Below, in pieces: positions 58,521 to 64,000 of a DNA stretch of 64,000 nt (its first letter is position 1; each line of letters begins with the position of its first letter). This DNA is from an uncultured Candidatus Melainabacteria bacterium (GTDB taxonomy: Bacteria; Cyanobacteriota; Vampirovibrionia; Gastranaerophilales; Gastranaerophilaceae). The notes under the pieces were generated by a model that did not search any database, was not told the origin of the DNA, and saw nothing but the letters and a program-made list of their open reading frames with translations. Location of the stretch: contig CAKUUX010000001.1 in NCBI GenBank assembly GCA_934693165.1, forward strand, positions 41,206-105,205, in the 5' to 3' direction. Position numbers and translations under genes: made by a program.

Positions 58521-59444
58521 ATGGCACTTTTAGAATCTTCTAAGCAATATCTTGAAATGTTTAAGACATATTTGATTGTTGAGAAAAACTTTTCTGAACA
58601 CACTCTAAAAGCGTACACTTCTGACTTATTGACATTTTTGATTTGGTTAAAAGATATTCCATGCACTTCTGTTAATTATACAAAACTTAGAGAATATCTT
58701 TATTTTATTCAAAAATTTGATTATAAAAAAACTACCGTCGCTAGAAAATTAGCGTCTGTTAGAACATTTTATAAGTTTTTATATAGAGAAAAAATTATGG
58801 AGATTAATCCTGCAAGTAATTTGAATTCTCCAAAAAGACCGAAATCGTTGCCAAAATTTTTAACTCCACAAGAAATGGAAAAGATTTTGAATAACGTAAA
58901 AATGGATACGCCAGCAGGTTATAGAAATAAGGCAATTTTAGAACTTCTTTGGGCTACAGGCATGCGTATTAGTGAATTGAGTGGGCTTAATTTTGGGGAC
59001 TTAAATCTCGATAATAACGAAATTAGAGTTTTTGGTAAAGGCGCAAAAGAAAGAATTGTTCTTGTGACTGATAGGGCAAAAACTTATTTGAAAAGATATA
59101 TTGAAAATGCTAGACCTTTAATTGTTGCAAAAGGTTTTAAGCTAGAAGAAATAACAGAGAGTACACCAGTTTTTATTAATAATACTGGATATAGACTTCA
59201 AAATAAAACCGTAAGAAATGCTATAAAAACAGTTGTTGATAATATTCAATTGCCCAAAAAAGTTACTCCACACATGTTTAGACATAGCTTTGCAACAAAA
59301 CTAATTGAAAATGGAGCAGATTTGAGGGTTGTACAAGAACTTTTGGGGCACGCTAGTATTTCAAATACCCAAATTTATACTCATATCAGCACAAAACACT
59401 TGCAAGATGTTTATGAAGCTTCTCATCCGAGGGATAATTTATAA
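58521..59444 (+). CDS. xerC: Tyrosine recombinase, XerC/XerD family.
   Basis: Catalytic residues in ATGMRISEL (R), KGAKER (K), HMFRHSFAT (H-R), and LLGHASISNTQIYTHI (H..Y). SD is AGAGGGG. Confidence 0.8.
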   Translation: MALLESSKQYLEMFKTYLIVEKNFSEHTLKAYTSDLLTFLIWLKDIPCTSVNYTKLREYLYFIQKFDYKKTTVARKLASVRTFYKFLYREKIMEINPASNLNSPKRPKSLPKFLTPQEMEKILNNVKMDTPAGYRNKAILELLWATGMRISELSGLNFGDLNLDNNEIRVFGKGAKERIVLVTDRAKTYLKRYIENARPLIVAKGFKLEEITESTPVFINNTGYRLQNKTVRNAIKTVVDNIQLPKKVTPHMFRHSFATKLIENGADLRVVQELLGHASISNTQIYTHISTKHLQDVYEASHPRDNL

Positions 59445-59497
59445 AATTCGGCTATTTATATTATTAATTTAATTTGAAAAAATATTATAATTTAGGT

Positions 59498-60370
59498 ATG
59501 AGTATTCAAGATTTATCAGAATATTTAGACTTTCTTGATGTAGAAAGAGGTCTTTCTCAAAATACAATAGATGCTTATAGAAGGGATTTAGAGGCATTTA
59601 TTGAATTTTGTTTTGCAAAATTTTCTGTGGATGAAAAAAATATTACTAGATTAATGGTGAATACTTATTTGAGAGATTTGCATGAAAATCATTATAACCC
59701 AACGAGTATTTCTCGAAAGATAGCATCTTTAAGGGGATATTATAAATGGTTAAGTGCAAATGAAAAAATAACTTCAAATCCAATAGATACGATAGAAATG
59801 CCAAAACTTCCCCAAAGATTGCCAAAAATCTTATCTGTTGAAGAAATAAAAAAAATGCTTGCAGAAGATTTAAATCCATTAGAAAGAGTTGAATTAGAAC
59901 TTTTGTATGGTTCAGGTCTTCGTGTGAGTGAGCTTGTTGATTTAAAAACAAACAGTTTTGATTTGAGTCAAAAATATCTTGTTGCAAGAGGTAAAGGTTC
60001 AAAAGAAAGAATTGTTCCTTTTAATAATGTTTCGGCAAGTGCGATTGAGGATTATTTAAAGATTAGAGATTTTATTCTCAAAAAATTTAGACTTGATACA
60101 AAGAATTTCTTGGTAAACAATGAAGGGCGTTTTGTTACAAGACAAGATATTTATAATTTTATCCACAAATTGGGAGAAAAATTTCATAAGAATATTTCAC
60201 CACATACAATGCGACATAGCTTCGCAACACATTTGTTAGAAAATGGTGCAGATTTGAGAGTTGTACAAGAACTTTTAGGTCACAGCGATGTTTCTACCAC
60301 TCAACTTTATACACATATTAGTAAAAAGCGTTTGAAAGATGTTTATTTTGCAATAAACGGAGCAGGATAA
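59498..60370 (+). CDS. xerD: Tyrosine recombinase, XerC/XerD family (second copy, in tandem).
   Basis: GSGLRVSEL, RGKGSKER, HTMRHSFATHLLENGADLRVVQELLGHSDVSTTQLYTHI. ATG at 59498 is preferred over the track's TTG at 59474. Confidence 0.8.
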   Translation: MSIQDLSEYLDFLDVERGLSQNTIDAYRRDLEAFIEFCFAKFSVDEKNITRLMVNTYLRDLHENHYNPTSISRKIASLRGYYKWLSANEKITSNPIDTIEMPKLPQRLPKILSVEEIKKMLAEDLNPLERVELELLYGSGLRVSELVDLKTNSFDLSQKYLVARGKGSKERIVPFNNVSASAIEDYLKIRDFILKKFRLDTKNFLVNNEGRFVTRQDIYNFIHKLGEKFHKNISPHTMRHSFATHLLENGADLRVVQELLGHSDVSTTQLYTHISKKRLKDVYFAINGAG

Positions 60371-60876
60371 TGAATATAACAGCAGGAAAATTTAAAGGAA
60401 AAAAAATTATAGCTCCAGAAACAGATTTAGTAAGACCAACTCTTTCTAAAGTCAGAATGGCAGTGTTTAATGTGCTTCAATCCTACGTTGATTTTGAAAA
60501 CTCATCTTTTCTTGATATGTATGGTGGTTCTGGTGTTATGGGGCTAGAAGCTATTTCAAGAGGGTTTAAATCTGCTACTGTTATTGAAAAAGATAGACGT
60601 ATTGCAAATATTATAAAGAAAAACTATTTGACATTGGGTGTAAAACCTGATTTGTACAACATGGATACTCTAAAATTTAAAACAGATAAATTTTATGATG
60701 TTGTCTATATTGACCCTCCGTATTATGCAGGTGTTTATGAAAAAACTTTAGAAATAATTCCTGATTTTTATATTTGTATTGTTGAACATCCAGAAGATGT
60801 TGAAATACAAGGTTTTAACATGCTAAAGCAAAAAAAATATGGTGATAAATTTTTGACATTTTTAACTAAAGAATAA
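60370..60876 (+). CDS. rsmD: 16S rRNA (guanine966-N2)-methyltransferase RsmD.
   Basis: LDMYGGSGVMGLEAISRG SAM motif I and DVVYIDPPY motif IV. The start overlaps the xerD stop (ATAATG). Confidence 0.8.
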   Translation: MNITAGKFKGKKIIAPETDLVRPTLSKVRMAVFNVLQSYVDFENSSFLDMYGGSGVMGLEAISRGFKSATVIEKDRRIANIIKKNYLTLGVKPDLYNMDTLKFKTDKFYDVVYIDPPYYAGVYEKTLEIIPDFYICIVEHPEDVEIQGFNMLKQKKYGDKFLTFLTKE

Positions 60877-60877
60877 A

Positions 60878-60905
60878 AAAGACCTCTGAATTTTCAGAGG
60901 TCTAA
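60878..60905. terminator. Bidirectional terminator between rsmD (+) and hup (-).
   Basis: AAAAAA-GACCTCTGAA-tt-TTCAGAGGTC-TAAGATTGTTTT. On the minus strand it reads as a hairpin plus TTTTTT. Confidence 0.75.
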
Positions 60906-60981
60906 GATTGTTTTAAAGACCTAATTATAAAGCTCTATGAGCATAAGACATTAAGCCTTTATCTTAAATTTTTTAAAAGAA

Positions 60982-61254
60982 CTATTTTACTAATTCTTTG
61001 AATTTTTTACCTGCTGAGAAAGCTGGTACAGTTTTAGCAGCGATTTTTAATTCTTTACCAGTTTGAGGGTTTCTACCCATTCTAGCTGCTCTTTTACGTG
61101 GTTCGAAAGTACCGAAACCAACTAAAGTAACTTTTTTACCTTTAGCAACTGTTTTTTCAACAGTTTCTAATGTAGCTGCTAATACGTCAGCAACTGCTTT
61201 TTGTGATAATTTAGATTTTTTTGCAACTTCTTTTACTAATTCTTCTTTGTTCAT
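60982..61254 (-). CDS. hup: DNA-binding protein HU.
   Basis: MNKEELVKEVAKKSKLSQKAVADVLAATLETV...GFGTFEPRKRAARMGRNPQTGKELKIAAKTVPAFSAGKKFKE, including the arm motif RNPQTG. SD is AAGGAGGAAAAA before ATG 61254. The upstream 26 codons of the track ORF are read-through. Confidence 0.85.
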   Translation of the reverse strand: MNKEELVKEVAKKSKLSQKAVADVLAATLETVEKTVAKGKKVTLVGFGTFEPRKRAARMGRNPQTGKELKIAAKTVPAFSAGKKFKELVK

Positions 61255-61450
61255 TTTTTCCTCCTTATGTATTGAACAGATGACACCCCAAAATTTAATG
61301 AACTTGTCATTTTTTAGAATTGATACAGCCATGAGCTATATAAAATCTAGGTTTTGTGTCATGTATAAATCTATTATAGCCATTCCTATTTGATTTGCAA
61401 GTATTTTTTTTAAAAAACATGCAAATGTTAAAAAAAATTAAGGAAACCGT

Positions 61451-62323
61451 CTATTTATAATAGTCTTGCTTGATACGAGCAAATTTAATATTTTTATAAA
61501 AATATCTAAGAATTTGGTAAGAGTTATATCCGTTATTTGCAAGATTATTGGCACCATGTTGTGACATTCCTATGCCATGACCGTTTTTCTTTATGCCACT
61601 ATCGTAAGAGGGTACTGATTTTATATAAGGTAAATCTCTTGTCCAAACTTCACTGGCATTTTTTGTGTGTCCTCCTGCTGAGGCTGAATAGTAGGCAGGA
61701 ATTATTTTTAAGTCATAAATAATTACTATCCCTTCAGAATCTTTAACTGCACGATTTGTATTAAGTTTTTCGCTAGTAGCGCCACCATAGGCTTGGTCTT
61801 CAGGTGTATCTTTTAAGTCATAACCTTGTGAACCTCTTTTGCCAAGGTTTGCAAGTGCATAACTTCTAGCTGCAATGGCTTGAGCCTTGTGGGCTTCGTA
61901 ATTCCAACTAGAAGGCATTTCGCAAGGAACAACACCTCTTATATAATCTTCTATATTTAATTTATTTATTACATTCAATTTTCCCTTGAGGTTGATAATT
62001 CTTAATTCACCCCTGTACCAACGATTTTTGGCATTTACAAAACCTGTTGGAGAAGTTGGTCTTATCGCTATTTGATTGGTTTTTAAATTATAGTAATCGT
62101 TGTTATATTTAAGTGCTATGAGGTTTTTGTATGCTTTAAATTCATAACTTCTCATTTTATTCATGGTGTACAAAACCTTGTTATTTCTTGCATCAAGGAT
62201 TTGTGCTTCTGTTGAAGCTCCGACTTTTGCAGAAATCACACCAGTTTGAAGCCCGATTTTTATTGCAAAAACAGGGTTTTGGATTAAGAATATGAAAAAT
62301 ATAGTTAGTAATAATTTTTTCAT
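61451..62323 (-). CDS. SpoIID/LytB-domain protein (peptidoglycan hydrolase / amidase enhancer).
   Basis: Signal peptide. Conserved SpoIID core (IEDYIRGVVPCEMPSSWNYEAHKAQAIAARSYA..YYSASAGGHT). Confidence 0.75.
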   Translation of the reverse strand: MKKLLLTIFFIFLIQNPVFAIKIGLQTGVISAKVGASTEAQILDARNNKVLYTMNKMRSYEFKAYKNLIALKYNNDYYNLKTNQIAIRPTSPTGFVNAKNRWYRGELRIINLKGKLNVINKLNIEDYIRGVVPCEMPSSWNYEAHKAQAIAARSYALANLGKRGSQGYDLKDTPEDQAYGGATSEKLNTNRAVKDSEGIVIIYDLKIIPAYYSASAGGHTKNASEVWTRDLPYIKSVPSYDSGIKKNGHGIGMSQHGANNLANNGYNSYQILRYFYKNIKFARIKQDYYK

Positions 62324-62399
62324 CAATATATATTATAGTTCAATTATTTTTTTATGAATAAACATGAAATCATGCTACAATAGACAAAAAGGATTTAAG

Positions 62400-63497
62400 A
62401 TGTCTAAATTTTATACAGAAACAAAAATTTTGAAAGTTGAAGAACCTTTAGAACTTGATTGTGGAAAGTCTTTAAAGGAATACGAAATTGCGTATGAAAC
62501 TTATGGCGAATTAAATGAAGAAAAGAATAACTGCATACTGTTATTACATGCTTTAACTGGTGATGCGCATGCTGCAGGCTATCATAAAGGAGATACGAAA
62601 GCTGGTTGGTGGGATAATATGGTAGGCAGTGGAAAAGCTTTTGATAGTGATAAATATTTTATTGTATGTTCAAATATGCTTGGTGGTTGTAGTGGAACAA
62701 CTGGGCCAAATTCTATAAATCCTGATACTGGAAAACCTTATGGTTTGGATTTTCCTGTGATAACCTTTGAAGATGCAGTAAGAGTTCAGAAAAAATTAAT
62801 AGATTATTTAGGTGTTAAAAAATTAATTGTAGCAGGAGGCTCAATGGGTGGAATGCAGGCTATTGAATGGTCTGTTTCATATCCTGAAATGGTTAAGAAA
62901 ACGATTGTTATTGCTTCTACTTCAAGACTTTCGGCACAGGCAATTGCTTTTAATGCTGTTGGTCGAAATGCGATTTTGTCTGATAGTAATTTTAATCATG
63001 GTAGTTATTACGAAGGTAAAATGCCTGAAAAGGGCTTAGCTATTGCAAGAATGATAGGACACATTACGTATCTGTCTGAAGGTTCTATGCACAATAAATT
63101 TGCAAGAAACTTGCAGGATAAGGATAAACTTGATTTTGATTTTAACGTAGAGTTTCAGGTGGAAAGCTATTTACAACATCAAGGGCAAGTTTTTGTAGAC
63201 AGATTTGATGCGAATAGTTATTTATATATTACAAAAGCATGCGATTATTATGATGTTGCGTTGAAATACGGTTCTTTAGAAAAAGCTTTTGAACACATAA
63301 ATTCTAAATTTTTGATAATTTCTTTTTCATCAGATTGGTTGTTCCCATCTTGTCAGGCAAAAGAAATTGTAAAAGCTTTGGTAAAAAATGGAAAAGAAGT
63401 TTCATATTTAGAAATCCAATCGAATGCAGGACATGACGCATTTTTATTAGAATTTGAAAAACAAACGAAAGTTGTCAAAAGTTTCTTAAATGCCTAA
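62400..63497 (+). CDS. metX: Homoserine O-acetyltransferase.
   Basis: Alpha/beta hydrolase with the nucleophile elbow GGSMGG, a conserved N-terminus (LLLHALTGDAHAAGYH..GWWDNMVG), and the catalytic AGHDAFL. ATG at 62400 has an AAGGA SD. Confidence 0.8.
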   Translation: MSKFYTETKILKVEEPLELDCGKSLKEYEIAYETYGELNEEKNNCILLLHALTGDAHAAGYHKGDTKAGWWDNMVGSGKAFDSDKYFIVCSNMLGGCSGTTGPNSINPDTGKPYGLDFPVITFEDAVRVQKKLIDYLGVKKLIVAGGSMGGMQAIEWSVSYPEMVKKTIVIASTSRLSAQAIAFNAVGRNAILSDSNFNHGSYYEGKMPEKGLAIARMIGHITYLSEGSMHNKFARNLQDKDKLDFDFNVEFQVESYLQHQGQVFVDRFDANSYLYITKACDYYDVALKYGSLEKAFEHINSKFLIISFSSDWLFPSCQAKEIVKALVKNGKEVSYLEIQSNAGHDAFLLEFEKQTKVVKSFLNA

Positions 63498-63828
63498 TTT
63501 TATTGATTTTTAGATTTGTGTAACAAAACGTTAACGAAAATTTTTATGAATGTTAGAAAGAAAAATTCATGTGGCATATAATGTATATAACTTTATAATT
63601 GTCCAATGACGTTATATTAAACTGCAATATAACAATACCGTATGGATTCGGTATAAGCGCATTAAGAAAGGAGTTAAATTTATGGCAATTGATTCAAAGA
63701 TGGGTATTCCCTGAATAATTCCTTAGGACAGTAGTAGAAGTTACTATATCTCGTTCATACAGAGAATAAACGTATGAGAAAATAATTACAAGGACGTAAA
63801 CAGAAGAAACGAAAAGGAGATCAAACTT

Positions 63829-64000
63829 ATGGCTATTACAATCAACACAAACGTTGCATCGTTAGTTGCCCAAAAATCATTGAACAATGCGACATCAAAA
63901 ATGAACACAGCGATGGAAAGATTATCAACAGGTTTGAGAATCAATTCATCAAAAGATGATGCAGCAGGTAGTGCAGTAGCAACAAAATTAAATTATAAAA
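63829..64000 (+). CDS. Flagellin, N-terminal D0/D1 portion; the gene continues beyond the window end.
   Basis: [54 protein letters not shown] is the canonical flagellin N-terminal helical domain. SD is AAAAGGAGA. Confidence 0.85.
   Translation, partial: MAITINTNVASLVAQKSLNNATSKMNTAMERLSTGLRINSSKDDAAGSAVATKLNYK

Noticed and set aside
1-64000. CRISPR arrays, rRNA/tRNA genes, and transposases or insertion sequences.
   Set aside because: No regularly spaced direct repeats, no tRNA-like conserved T-arm or acceptor patterns, and no transposase-like ORFs were recognized. The only tandem repeats are the coding repeats inside the pilin-fibre gene and TPR genes.

Overview
This 64-kb window is AT-rich and densely packed with housekeeping and fermentation genes, and I read it as a non-photosynthetic relative of Cyanobacteria (Melainabacteria/Vampirovibrionia-like, probably gut-associated). 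The support for that placement is a cyanobacterial-type rpoB-rpoC1-rpoC2 operon with split beta-prime, flagellin plus a Maf flagellin-glycosylation gene, CsaB plus an SLH-domain protein, and an [FeFe]-hydrogenase/AdhE fermentative core.

Content, in order along the window:
- Partial radical-SAM gene, a TPR protein, MgtC.
- An Opp/Dpp-type peptide ABC permease pair with its binding protein, but no ATPase genes.
- A small LuxR-type HTH gene convergent with a 1131-aa multi-zinc-ribbon, STAND-like protein.
- An ExbB/TolQ/MotA-like plus MotB/OmpA-like proton-channel pair.
- thiL, a ROK glucokinase, holA-holB, clpB, metY, rsfS, rpiB.
- A 649-aa protein with a prepilin-like N-terminus, a beta-helical repeat region and a C-terminal tail-fibre-type S74 intramolecular-chaperone domain.
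- rpoB, rpoC1, rpoC2, maf, a LysR regulator, and a candidate structured leader RNA.
- csaB, eda, a CHASE2 adenylate cyclase overlapping a stand-alone REC gene, speE, a HIT protein, an isochorismatase-family hydrolase.
- A minus-strand operon rex / 2Fe-2S ferredoxin / sensory [FeFe]-hydrogenase HydS (PAS domain, Cx2Cx4Cx16C cluster) / PP2C phosphatase / 2Fe-2S ferredoxin / HydA-like hydrogenase. It is followed by adhE, which carries a putative Rex operator.
- A CDF transporter, an SLH-domain protein, NADH oxidase/CoA-disulfide reductase, engB, a secreted TPR protein, tandem xerC/xerD, rsmD, hup, a SpoIID/LytB protein, metX, and the 5' end of a flagellin gene with CsrA-like binding sites in its leader.

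No rRNA, tRNA, CRISPR array or transposase was seen. The most interesting loci are the Rex-HydS-PP2C-HydA H2/redox sensing operon and the pilin-tail-fibre chimeric protein.
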